DNA from: a phage
Sequence record: NC_100371.1
DNA: 64,000 nucleotides
Strand: one strand, 5' to 3'
In this document: one piece after another, positions 8,669 through 17,040 of the stretch
How positions within the stretch are numbered: the stretch's first letter is position 1
How the letters are laid out: each line of letters opens with the position of its first letter
The notes under the pieces: generated by a model
What the model was told of the DNA's origin: nothing
Databases searched by the model: none
Seen by the model: only the letters and a program-made list of their open reading frames with translations
Made by a program: the position numbers and the translations under genes

Positions 8669-9019
8669 CTAACCAGTTGTTGACATTCGAATAACTTCTT
8701 CTGGTGGCAAAACTTTGGAAAATGTGCATCTTTTACCTCTCCCTTGTGTGGATATTTCAACCACTCCTGCACATTCTAAAGTTTTAACGCACGCTGCTGC
8801 TTTTGTTTTCTTTATCCCAACATCTGCTGCAATTTTCCTGGTGCTGGGTGTGAAGCGTGAATTTTCTCCAAGCTTATACCAGTTGTGCAGGTAGCAGTAT
8901 ACGATCTTGTCATATAAGTCAAGAACAATAACCTCCCCAGTTGTGCCATTCAAAACTTTTGACATAGACAGTATTTCAAGGGGGACTTTAAGATATAGCA
9001 GCTTATCCCCATCTTTCAT
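8669..9019 (-). CDS. hypothetical protein, possible helix-turn-helix DNA-binding protein
   Basis: 116 aa; segment RKIAADVGIKKTKAAACVKTLECAGVV looks HTH-like; lies next to the operator array. Confidence 0.4.
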   Translation of the reverse strand: MKDGDKLLYLKVPLEILSMSKVLNGTTGEVIVLDLYDKIVYCYLHNWYKLGENSRFTPSTRKIAADVGIKKTKAAACVKTLECAGVVEISTQGRGKRCTFSKVLPPEEVIRMSTTG

Positions 9020-9066
9020 ATCTCCTGATTCTCCTTGTGTGGCAATTTTCTTTAAAATAGCAGGGA

Positions 9067-9621
9067 TTACTCCCCGCTGTCAATAGCAAGACTCATTGCA
9101 ATACGGTATGCCTCTTCTAATGGTAAGAGTCTCCCCCACACATCCCAACCGACATCAAACTGCCTGCCAAACAACTGCTGTGTGGTTCCGTGAGCATGAC
9201 CGAACAGTTGGACTGATCCGTGAGGCTTTCTGTTCCACTTTGCAAACTGGTAATGGCTCATACAGATCAAATTCTTGTTGTGGCGAAGCTCGTAATAATC
9301 TACAACCTCATGACCGAACTCTTTCATAATTCTGACAGTCGTCCTTGTGTCATGGTTACCACGAACAAGAATAATATGTCCGTTCAACATATTTAGAACA
9401 TCTGGAAGCAATTTGTTGATATTCTTATCATTAGTGCACGCAATATCCCCCAAGTGAAACACAGTGTCTGCAGGTGACACAACAGAGTTCCACTTGGTGA
9501 TGATTCCCGCATTCATACTGTCAAGATTGTGATCATACTGAGATCTGTGTTTTTGACATGAGTCGAACTCCATTACCCGCTGGTGGAGAAAGTGTGTGTC
9601 GCTTGTTACAAAGTATTTCAT
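9067..9621 (-). CDS. calcineurin-like metallophosphoesterase
   Basis: MKYFVTSDTHF...GDIACTNDK...VRGNHDT motifs. Confidence 0.6.
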   Translation of the reverse strand: MKYFVTSDTHFLHQRVMEFDSCQKHRSQYDHNLDSMNAGIITKWNSVVSPADTVFHLGDIACTNDKNINKLLPDVLNMLNGHIILVRGNHDTRTTVRIMKEFGHEVVDYYELRHNKNLICMSHYQFAKWNRKPHGSVQLFGHAHGTTQQLFGRQFDVGWDVWGRLLPLEEAYRIAMSLAIDSGE

Positions 9622-9628
9622 ACATTCC

Positions 9629-10039
9629 TCATTTAAGTTTAATGCAGTTTTTAAGCTGGCGTTCCATACGATCCACAACCCTGTCTGGAACATCATGAAT
9701 GCTTTTATTACCATGGCGGTTTTCAACCACGATCACGGTATAACTATATCCATGACTGATCGCCATGTCAATATATTCTTGCACATATTTTTCTTTTGTA
9801 AACGTATTACTTACCACGATACGGTCGTAGCCCATACGCATCATATCTTCTACGTTATCTTTGCACCATTTTGCTGCAAGTGTTACTTTACTTGCATCCC
9901 AATTGTAATTGCCGTCATCGTCGTACCAGAACATATCGTTCTCAAAATGTGGATACAGACCTTCTAAAGATAGCGCATTTGCCAGTGTTGATTTGCCAGA
10001 CCCTGGTAGACCACGCACGATATATAGCATTTTAGACAT
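9629..10039 (-). CDS. P-loop kinase, polynucleotide-kinase-like
   Basis: ATG at 10039 with GGAGAG RBS; Walker A GLPGSGKST; about 136 aa. Confidence 0.55.
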   Translation of the reverse strand: MSKMLYIVRGLPGSGKSTLANALSLEGLYPHFENDMFWYDDDGNYNWDASKVTLAAKWCKDNVEDMMRMGYDRIVVSNTFTKEKYVQEYIDMAISHGYSYTVIVVENRHGNKSIHDVPDRVVDRMERQLKNCIKLK

Positions 10040-10139
10040 AGTAACTCTCCGTTTTAATTTTAATGATAGTATACCTAACTGTTTTGTTAATTTCAAGTGT
10101 TGACACCAGGTTATTTGTGTGGCAGAATAAAGGGACAAA

Positions 10140-11075
10140 ATGACAAATGAGGAATGTATGATGAAGTATTTTAATGCAGACGACCTGGTTGACAAAGGTC
10201 TTGTAACCAGCAGATATTACCCAGATCTTGGATTAAAGATCTACAAATATGCCAGAAAAGTATTCTACAACAATTTATGGCATTTGTCTCCGCGTTTACT
10301 AGAGTGCCGAGGCATTGTTGTCGGTAATGAAGGAAATGTTGTGGCATGGCCCTTCACAAAAGTGTTTAATTTGGGAGAAAACTCCACCAACCTGCCTGAC
10401 AATAAACTTGTGACGGCGGTAGAGAAAAAGAACGGATTCCTTGGTGTGGTATCATCTCATAAAGGTGAACTATTGTTTTCAACAACCGGGTCTCTTGATT
10501 CTCCATATTGTAACCTTGCAAAGGAAACCATCCAGGAGCAATGTGGTAATTTAGATCTTATCAAGAAGGTTATGGGCCATGAAAACATGACATTCATGTT
10601 TGAAATTTGTCACCCTTCAGATCCGCATATTGTTCAGGAAGATCATGGCGCATATTTGATAGGTTGCAGATATAATGATTCTGGAATAATGCTACCAGAA
10701 GCAGCTTTAGATGGGATTGCCAAATACCTTGGTGCAAAACGTCCTCACACTGTGCGTGAAATTCCGTTCAGCTATGCAAAAGAATTAGCTGCAGAAACAA
10801 GGGGTGAAGGGTATATGATCCGTAAGCCTTACTACCCTTATGACCTGCAACTAAAGATCAAGTCTCCCTACTATCTGGCACGGAAGGCCGTAATGAGGTG
10901 TAGAGCTTGGAAGATTTGGGATGATGATATCTTTAAACGTGTTGACGAAGAGTTTTACGGCATGGTAAACTTCATTCGTAGGAACTACACAGAAGATGTG
11001 TGGAATTGCCTCCTGGAGCAGGAACGCCGTGAGATACTTGACTGCTATTTCCACAACGAGGACTATATGCAATGA
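10140..11075 (+). CDS. RNA ligase, T4 Rnl1 (RnlA)-like
   Basis: Blocks LLECRGIVV, KVFNLGEN, EKKNGFLGVV and FSTTGSLDS parallel T4 Rnl1 ECRGIMF / KFFNLNEN / KEDGSLVS / FKSKGSIKS, including the nucleotidyl-transferase lysine. Confidence 0.6.
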   Translation: MTNEECMMKYFNADDLVDKGLVTSRYYPDLGLKIYKYARKVFYNNLWHLSPRLLECRGIVVGNEGNVVAWPFTKVFNLGENSTNLPDNKLVTAVEKKNGFLGVVSSHKGELLFSTTGSLDSPYCNLAKETIQEQCGNLDLIKKVMGHENMTFMFEICHPSDPHIVQEDHGAYLIGCRYNDSGIMLPEAALDGIAKYLGAKRPHTVREIPFSYAKELAAETRGEGYMIRKPYYPYDLQLKIKSPYYLARKAVMRCRAWKIWDDDIFKRVDEEFYGMVNFIRRNYTEDVWNCLLEQERREILDCYFHNEDYMQ

Positions 11076-11422
11076 AGAAGTTGATTGTGTGGCTTGATGA
11101 TTTTAGAGATCCGTCAGATTATGGACTACCAGACGCTCTGTGGCTGAAGAATTCTTCTGAGTTTATGGATTTTCTTAATGATAAGAGAAAGCTCTACAGA
11201 CGCGTATCTGAGTGGTATTTTGACAATGATCTAGGGGAAGTGCTTGAAGGGTACGACTGCTTCTCTGCGCTAGAGGAGAAACTTGTATTCGGAAAGCCAC
11301 CACTTATTGACAACGTGATTATTTTCGTGCATACTTCTAATCCATCGGCAGCTCGTAAATTTATGCTTGCTGCTGACTCATTCAAGAAGTTTGGAATAGA
11401 GATCAAACAAAACATCTACTAA
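11072..11422 (+). CDS. hypothetical protein
   Basis: 116 aa; ATGA overlap with the RNA ligase stop. Confidence 0.45.
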   Translation: MKKLIVWLDDFRDPSDYGLPDALWLKNSSEFMDFLNDKRKLYRRVSEWYFDNDLGEVLEGYDCFSALEEKLVFGKPPLIDNVIIFVHTSNPSAARKFMLAADSFKKFGIEIKQNIY

Positions 11423-11430
11423 GGACATTT

Positions 11431-12192
11431 ATGCGACGACTTATTGTTATTTCTGGTGCTGGCTTGAGCGCAGAATCTGGGATCCCAACTTTTCGTTCTG
11501 GTCAAACTGCAATGTGGGAGAATTTCAGCATCGATGAGGTGTGTAACATCCACACCTTTGCCAAGAACTACTATAAGGTGCATGACTTTTACAATGCACG
11601 GCGTGTAGCTCTGGGCAGTGTTGATCCTAACCTTGCACATCTCCGGATCGCTGAGTGGTATTCACGTTGGTCTGGTCGTGTGATCAACCTGACAACCAAT
11701 GTAGATGATTTGCTGGAGCGTGCTGGTGTTAAACATGAAGATATCTTACATGTCCACGGGTATTTGCCTGAAATCACCTACGAAGATGCTGAAGGTAATG
11801 ATGTAATTAAAAATATCGGATACACGGAGGTAGATACAGGCAAGTATACTTGGGTTAAGCCCAATGTGGTGTTCTTCGGTGAGGTTGCTCCTAAGTATAC
11901 AGACATGTATGACCTATTGACATCTCTTACCAGCAATGATATGGTGATCCTGGTGGGTTGTTCTAACACAGTTATTAATTTTAACTGGGAATTGTTTCCT
12001 GCTACTTGTAAAGGCACAAAACTACTGATTGTAAACAAGTATGATTCGCAGAGTGCAGATGGAAGCGGCATTTCACGTAGCGACCTTTATCAATATGAGG
12101 ATCGCGGGATCCCGGTTTGGTTTAACGGGGCGGTTGATGCTTTCTCTGATAAAACATTCATTGAGACCGTAGAAAACTTTATGGAACTTTAA
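11431..12192 (+). CDS. Sir2-family (sirtuin-like) NAD-dependent protein
   Basis: GAGLSAESGIPTFR, TNVDDL and VHG motifs; no obvious zinc-ribbon cysteines. Confidence 0.55.
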   Translation: MRRLIVISGAGLSAESGIPTFRSGQTAMWENFSIDEVCNIHTFAKNYYKVHDFYNARRVALGSVDPNLAHLRIAEWYSRWSGRVINLTTNVDDLLERAGVKHEDILHVHGYLPEITYEDAEGNDVIKNIGYTEVDTGKYTWVKPNVVFFGEVAPKYTDMYDLLTSLTSNDMVILVGCSNTVINFNWELFPATCKGTKLLIVNKYDSQSADGSGISRSDLYQYEDRGIPVWFNGAVDAFSDKTFIETVENFMEL

Positions 12193-12205
12193 AAGGAGAC
12201 CTTTA

Positions 12206-12919
12206 ATGCTGAATACCAAATTAATTGACAACCTGGAAAAACTGTCCCAGCCTGAAAACTACCTTTGGTCTGCCAACTGGGTGGAAAACTGGAACCGTGT
12301 AGCAGCTAAAGTGAAAAAATCATACACACCATTCGAACTTCAGCTGAGTTTCATTGAGGAAGAGTTCAATGAGGTTTTGGAAGAGTTGGAGAAAGGTGAT
12401 GGTGGGGATCATCTCCTAAAAGAGGCCTGCGATCTTCATGTTGTCACAAGTTATGCCGCTTATCTTGTTAACGATAACCATGAAAAGTGGTCAAACCTGT
12501 TTGATAATCCGCGAGGTCTTAAGTTTAAGATCGGTGAATTTTATGATACACTGATCGCTGCGAAAAATACCTCTAAGCAAAGAGCGTCTGCTTACCGCTT
12601 AGCAGAGTTGTCAACAGCTTTGCTGTTCCAGCTTCGCGGTGATGTGTGCGGGATGATGCGGAAGGTTCTAAAATCTAATGACAGCAAGTTTGCACGCGTC
12701 AACCATCTGCGGTATTCACACGGTGCCAGTGCAGATATGCCTGCTGAACAACTCATCGAGTTGGAGATTAAAGATCTTGAGCGACGCTTTGATGGTCGCT
12801 ATGAAGGTTTTGTTGCTAAAGAAGAATTCTACAACGGAAATAAAGTTATCATATTCCTTGACAGTAAAGGTAAGATTATGAAGCCTTCAAGCTTCAAAGA
12901 TGTAACAGAATATATTTAA
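12206..12919 (+). CDS. possible MazG-like all-alpha NTP pyrophosphohydrolase
   Basis: EEEFNEVLEELEKGD ... KEACDLHVV resembles the EExxE...ExxD metal-binding pattern; weak call. Confidence 0.35.
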   Translation: MLNTKLIDNLEKLSQPENYLWSANWVENWNRVAAKVKKSYTPFELQLSFIEEEFNEVLEELEKGDGGDHLLKEACDLHVVTSYAAYLVNDNHEKWSNLFDNPRGLKFKIGEFYDTLIAAKNTSKQRASAYRLAELSTALLFQLRGDVCGMMRKVLKSNDSKFARVNHLRYSHGASADMPAEQLIELEIKDLERRFDGRYEGFVAKEEFYNGNKVIIFLDSKGKIMKPSSFKDVTEYI

Positions 12920-12925
12920 TAACAT

Positions 12926-12952
12926 AGCCGGGGCGATCCCGGCTTTACTTGT
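12926..12952 (+). terminator. rho-independent terminator
   Basis: GCCGGGG-CGAT-CCCGGC hairpin followed by a T-rich tail. Confidence 0.5.
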
Positions 12953-12983
12953 TTCGGAAAGTATGCAAGTGAGGTAGAAAGTT

Positions 12984-13292
12984 ATGTACAAGCACTCCAG
13001 AGATCTTGAAAACGATGATGTGTTTGGGGATCAGATGAAAGAATTGGTTAAACTTATAGGTAGGATAGAGGATAAGTTTGACACTAAGATCTACATCGAC
13101 AGTAAAGTATTCAACCACAAAATATGGACAAATCTGTGTGTTGGACTGCATGGAGATAAAGATGTGGTAAATTTGGTTGTAATTAAGTTCATAGTGTGGC
13201 AGAATAAAACTATAAATTATTACGATCCACACCCACTTGTTTACCCGATAAAAGACCTATTAGAGAAGGAGGACTGCAATGCAGTTATTTAA
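12984..13292 (+). CDS. hypothetical protein
   Basis: 102 aa; GAGGTAGAAAG RBS. Confidence 0.45.
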   Translation: MYKHSRDLENDDVFGDQMKELVKLIGRIEDKFDTKIYIDSKVFNHKIWTNLCVGLHGDKDVVNLVVIKFIVWQNKTINYYDPHPLVYPIKDLLEKEDCNAVI

Positions 13293-13548
13293 TCTTGCTA
13301 AACCTGTAGAAGCACACCAGTTTGACGGAAGCTCTTCATCAGTATCTGATCTGCAACGGTGGATTGATACAGGTGTGTTTACACCGTCACCTGTTCGGAC
13401 CAGAGATATTCTTCGCATGTGTGAGCTTGTCGAGCCGTTTGGTAACCTGGTCTTGTACCAAGGGGATTGGTTAGTTGACTTTATGGGAGACTGGTTGGTA
13501 ATTAGCAAAGAAGAGATGTTTAAAATTTTTAAGGAAGAGGCTGAGTAA
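13279..13548 (+). CDS. hypothetical protein
   Basis: 89 aa; AGAAGGAGGA RBS. Confidence 0.45.
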   Translation: MQLFNLAKPVEAHQFDGSSSSVSDLQRWIDTGVFTPSPVRTRDILRMCELVEPFGNLVLYQGDWLVDFMGDWLVISKEEMFKIFKEEAE

Positions 13549-14831
13549 TGCATCAGATCAAAACAACACTGTACGCACTGAACAAAGATGGCAGCTACCA
13601 ACAGTGGAAAGTATTCACGGATGGTGATAAGGTTATCGTAGAGTTTGGCAAGCTTGATGGTAAACTGCAATACAAAGAGACGATCTGCACACCTAAGAAC
13701 GTGGGTCGTGCCAATGAAACTACAGCTGAGCAACAGGCTGAGCTGGAAGCGATCAGTAAGTGGGAAAAACAAGTCCGTCTGGGGTATGTTGAAAATATGG
13801 AAGATTGCGAGCAGGGTGTTGACCTTTTACCCATGTTGGTGCATGACTACCTGAAGCGTGGAAAGGCACTTAAATTACCTTGCTGGATTTTGCGTAAGTT
13901 AGATGGCCTTCGTCTACTGGTTGTTTTCCAAAACGGTGAGCCTAAATTTATTTCCCGTGGTAATAAGTCCTACCCTATTCAAGGAAAGCTTCTGGAGCAA
14001 CTTCGTTCTTTCCACTTCACCACCGGGATTAAACAGCTCGACGGAGAGATCTATATTCATGGTCTGCCTCTGCAGAAAATAGTGTCTCTTGCTAAACGGT
14101 GGCGCACACAGGAAGAGATTCAGGCCGAGATCGATAAAGACTACGAGGCAGATAAAAAACGCCGTCATGCCGCAATTAAGGCAGGCTTATCAACATACAA
14201 AAACTTCAATAAGGTAGATATTCCTGTTGATGTTGAGCCTGTTCGTGATGATTTGCGTTACGGAGGGTACTGTAGCTATGACTTAGAGTATCATATTTTC
14301 GACATCCCTAGTGACAAGGTATGGTGGGATCCAGAAACAGAATCTGGACGATGCAAGGATCTTATGGATGCAGAAGATACCATTACCACCCTGATGCTTG
14401 ACCATATCAAGGTTGTTGACGCAGAGCTTGCGTACACAGTTGATCATTGCGAAGAATCTGTTGGTGTATTCATGTCCGAAGGATATGAAGGTACTATCAT
14501 GCGTAACTTCTGTGGTAAATATGAATATGGTCAGCGAACATCTGAAGCATTGAAATGGAAAAAGTTCAACGATGCTGAGGTGAAAGTTATTGACGTTGAG
14601 AAAGATAAGAATGATGAAGGTGTTCTTATCTGCGTTGACAAGGAAGGTATCGTTGTTAAAATGAAGATGAAAGGCACGCACGAGGAGCGTAGCTATGACA
14701 GGATGCAGGAAATGATCGGCAAGTTTATCACCTTCAAATATCAAGCAAGGACAGAAGACAACAACTACCAATTCCCTGTCGGCATCTGCGTCCGAAATGT
14801 TAACCCTGACACTTGGGAGGTTCTGGAATGA
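13548..14831 (+). CDS. ATP-dependent DNA ligase
   Basis: 427 aa; nucleotidyl-transferase motif I KLDGLR (KxDG). Confidence 0.6.
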   Translation: MHQIKTTLYALNKDGSYQQWKVFTDGDKVIVEFGKLDGKLQYKETICTPKNVGRANETTAEQQAELEAISKWEKQVRLGYVENMEDCEQGVDLLPMLVHDYLKRGKALKLPCWILRKLDGLRLLVVFQNGEPKFISRGNKSYPIQGKLLEQLRSFHFTTGIKQLDGEIYIHGLPLQKIVSLAKRWRTQEEIQAEIDKDYEADKKRRHAAIKAGLSTYKNFNKVDIPVDVEPVRDDLRYGGYCSYDLEYHIFDIPSDKVWWDPETESGRCKDLMDAEDTITTLMLDHIKVVDAELAYTVDHCEESVGVFMSEGYEGTIMRNFCGKYEYGQRTSEALKWKKFNDAEVKVIDVEKDKNDEGVLICVDKEGIVVKMKMKGTHEERSYDRMQEMIGKFITFKYQARTEDNNYQFPVGICVRNVNPDTWEVLE

Positions 14832-14955
14832 TGTAGGAATGTTTAGTAGATAATGGTAGCCAATTGAATGATGGTTTTTCAATTGGCACCTACATAACCA
14901 CATTATGCAGTGTTGTTGATCTGGTTAGTTATGAGTAAACTGGAGAGTATGAAAA

Positions 14956-15426
14956 ATGAAACTTGATAAAAATGTTCAACGAAAAGCTTTCTTGGATATG
15001 ATCGCATATTCAGAAGGTACAGATAATGGTAGACAACCTACCAAGGATCGGGGCTATGATGTCATAGTCGGTGGCAAGCTGTTTAGCGATTACAGTAAGC
15101 ATCCAGGTGTTTACGTTAAGCTAAATGCTAAACTTACCTCCTCTGCTGCTGGGCGTTACCAGATTTTGGAGAAGTTTGCTAAACACTATATGGAACAGTT
15201 AGGATTACCAGATTTTGGCCCTGCCAGTCAGGACAAGATTGCATTGCAACTGATCCGTGAGTGTAAGGCTCTCACTGACATTGACGAAGGTCGCATCCAC
15301 GAAGCTATCCGCAAATGCCGTTCCCGCTGGGCTTCGTTACCCGGTGCCGGATACGGTCAGCATGAACAGAAGATTGAGAAGTTGATCGAGGTGTTTAAAA
15401 AGGCAGGCGGCATTGTCCTAGATTAA
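14956..15426 (+). CDS. endolysin, lambda R-type lytic transglycosylase
   Basis: Near-collinear with lambda R: QRKAFLDMIAYSEGTDNGRQ...YDVIVGG...AGRYQ...WASLPGAGYGQ. Confidence 0.8.
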   Translation: MKLDKNVQRKAFLDMIAYSEGTDNGRQPTKDRGYDVIVGGKLFSDYSKHPGVYVKLNAKLTSSAAGRYQILEKFAKHYMEQLGLPDFGPASQDKIALQLIRECKALTDIDEGRIHEAIRKCRSRWASLPGAGYGQHEQKIEKLIEVFKKAGGIVLD

Positions 15427-15489
15427 TCATTGACATGACCACATGGACGTGGTATTGTTACCTAGTAAAATGTTAAGAAGGGTTTAACC

Positions 15490-15696
15490 ATGAAAGATTT
15501 TCTGTTGGCAATTTTGTTCATGGCAGCATGTCTGGCCTGTGGTGTCGTGTTTGCAGGTGAAACAGCGTATCTTGTCGATGTATATCGGGACAATGGTAAA
15601 CGTATTTGCCTTTATGAAACAAGCCAAGGTGAGCTCTACGAGCTTGTTAAACAAGGCGAGGCTGGATCTTGTCCTCGGACTCACTTCTTCGAATAA
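15490..15696 (+). CDS. small secreted or membrane protein (possible lysis accessory)
   Basis: 68 aa with N-terminal hydrophobic signal-like segment; AAGAAGGG RBS; directly after the endolysin. Confidence 0.45.
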   Translation: MKDFLLAILFMAACLACGVVFAGETAYLVDVYRDNGKRICLYETSQGELYELVKQGEAGSCPRTHFFE

Positions 15697-15706
15697 GGTT
15701 GGTAGT

Positions 15707-15925
15707 ATGGCTTTAGAAGGCACTGATTATATTCACGATTACCGTGGGAGTGCAGTGTATGTGGGCGATACTGTTGCAGTATACTACGGTTATGGTTCCC
15801 TAGAAACAGCGAAGGTCATACAGATCAAGAATGACCGTGCTAAGCTTGAAGTTTATTACTCTAATGGTGAAAGATCGATTTCTAAGTGGAAAGATGGTCA
15901 TTGTATGGTCAAATTGGAGGGCTGA
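15707..15925 (+). CDS. hypothetical protein
   Basis: ATG at 15707 (AAGG upstream); the longer track ORF overlaps the previous gene. Confidence 0.4.
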   Translation: MALEGTDYIHDYRGSAVYVGDTVAVYYGYGSLETAKVIQIKNDRAKLEVYYSNGERSISKWKDGHCMVKLEG

Positions 15926-16389
15926 TGGAAGACGGACGTTTAATGAAGTCTGAACGCAGGCTTATTGTGCAGCTGATCCCAGAAACAGCTTGGTATAATA
16001 ATCTCCGAAACGCTGTGAAGAAGAGTGAGTGGGATAAGATCCGTAAGAAGTGCTACAGAGAAGCCAACTATACTTGTGAGGTGTGCGGCGGTAAAGGCAG
16101 CAAACATCCGGTGGAGTGTCATGAACTTTACACTTTCGAAGAGGGAGTGATCCGGCTTGTCGGACTGATAGCGTTGTGCCCAGATTGTCACACATCGGTG
16201 CATCCTGGGTTAGCAAATATCCGTGGAAAGTATGCTCAGGCAGTTAATCAGTTGGCTAAGGTGAATAAGATCACCAAGGGTATGGCAGAGGCCTATTACC
16301 GAGACTGCTTTGCAGAATGGCGGGAGCTTAGCAAAGTTCCTGAATGGAGAACTGACTTTTCGTGGATAGAGGGTTACCTTGATGGCTAA
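15925..16389 (+). CDS. zinc-binding protein, possible HNH-type nuclease
   Basis: CEVCGG...HPVECHE...CPDCH cysteine/histidine pattern; ATGA overlap with upstream stop. Confidence 0.35.
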   Translation: MEDGRLMKSERRLIVQLIPETAWYNNLRNAVKKSEWDKIRKKCYREANYTCEVCGGKGSKHPVECHELYTFEEGVIRLVGLIALCPDCHTSVHPGLANIRGKYAQAVNQLAKVNKITKGMAEAYYRDCFAEWRELSKVPEWRTDFSWIEGYLDG

Positions 16390-16672
16390 GAAACCTGTAA
16401 AAGAGAAATTTGATAAGACAGCTTTTGTATTCGATACACCTCTGGACGACATTATTAGAGGTATGCAAGCACTGTATCGAAAGGCTGAATCTGAGCAGTT
16501 GTCTGAATCAGAACTTTACTGGCTTGGTTGGTGGGAGTTAAACCTGCCTAAAGCTGAAAGTTCTTGTCTGAGAACTGTTAAAACGTGCGCCCAAGAAAAC
16601 GCCGCACTTGGAATCTACCACAAAAGGAAAAGATCAACAAAAAGCTCTCCAAGAAAGACTAAAAAGTCTTGA
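16379..16672 (+). CDS. hypothetical protein
   Basis: 97 aa, basic C-terminus. Confidence 0.4.
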   Translation: MMAKKPVKEKFDKTAFVFDTPLDDIIRGMQALYRKAESEQLSESELYWLGWWELNLPKAESSCLRTVKTCAQENAALGIYHKRKRSTKSSPRKTKKS

Positions 16673-16698
16673 CAAAAGTGCTATTAATCTGATATTAT
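16669..16698 (+). promoter_or_regulatory. sigma70-like promoter
   Basis: TTGACA-N18-TATTAT upstream of the 16732 gene. Confidence 0.5.
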
Positions 16699-16731
16699 CA
16701 GTCAGATATTTATAAACTAGGAGAACTAGAC

Positions 16732-17040
16732 ATGCTTAAAATTTTTATTGTTGAAGATAAAGATATTGTCCAGTTGTATGCAAACGAGAATCATAAAGGT
16801 ATGATCCTGAAGAAGGCAAGCAACCTTCATGAAAACACCATTCAACCTGGCGATGTAATTAAGATCTGTGGCTATCTGATACCAGACTCCTTGATGAAAA
16901 TAACCCACCACTGGGGGTCTAATCCGTTCCTTTTTGAAAAATATTGGGATGTTGAGTCGCTTATTGCAGAGAGTGATGATGCATTCCATTACAGCATCCA
17001 ACCATCTTGCAGAGTAACTAACAGGAGGGTCTTTGAGTAG
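16732..17040 (+). CDS. hypothetical protein
   Basis: 102 aa; AGGAGAA RBS. Confidence 0.45.
   Translation: MLKIFIVEDKDIVQLYANENHKGMILKKASNLHENTIQPGDVIKICGYLIPDSLMKITHHWGSNPFLFEKYWDVESLIAESDDAFHYSIQPSCRVTNRRVFE

Noticed and set aside
9596-10103. Plus-strand ORFs 9596-9967 and 9909-10103.
   Set aside because: Antisense to the kinase and phosphoesterase genes, which have clear motifs and RBSs.
14283-14903. Minus-strand 206-aa ORF and other antisense ORFs within the DNA ligase gene (13595-13834, 13914-14168).
   Set aside because: Embedded antisense in the ligase gene, which carries the KxDG motif; no RBS.
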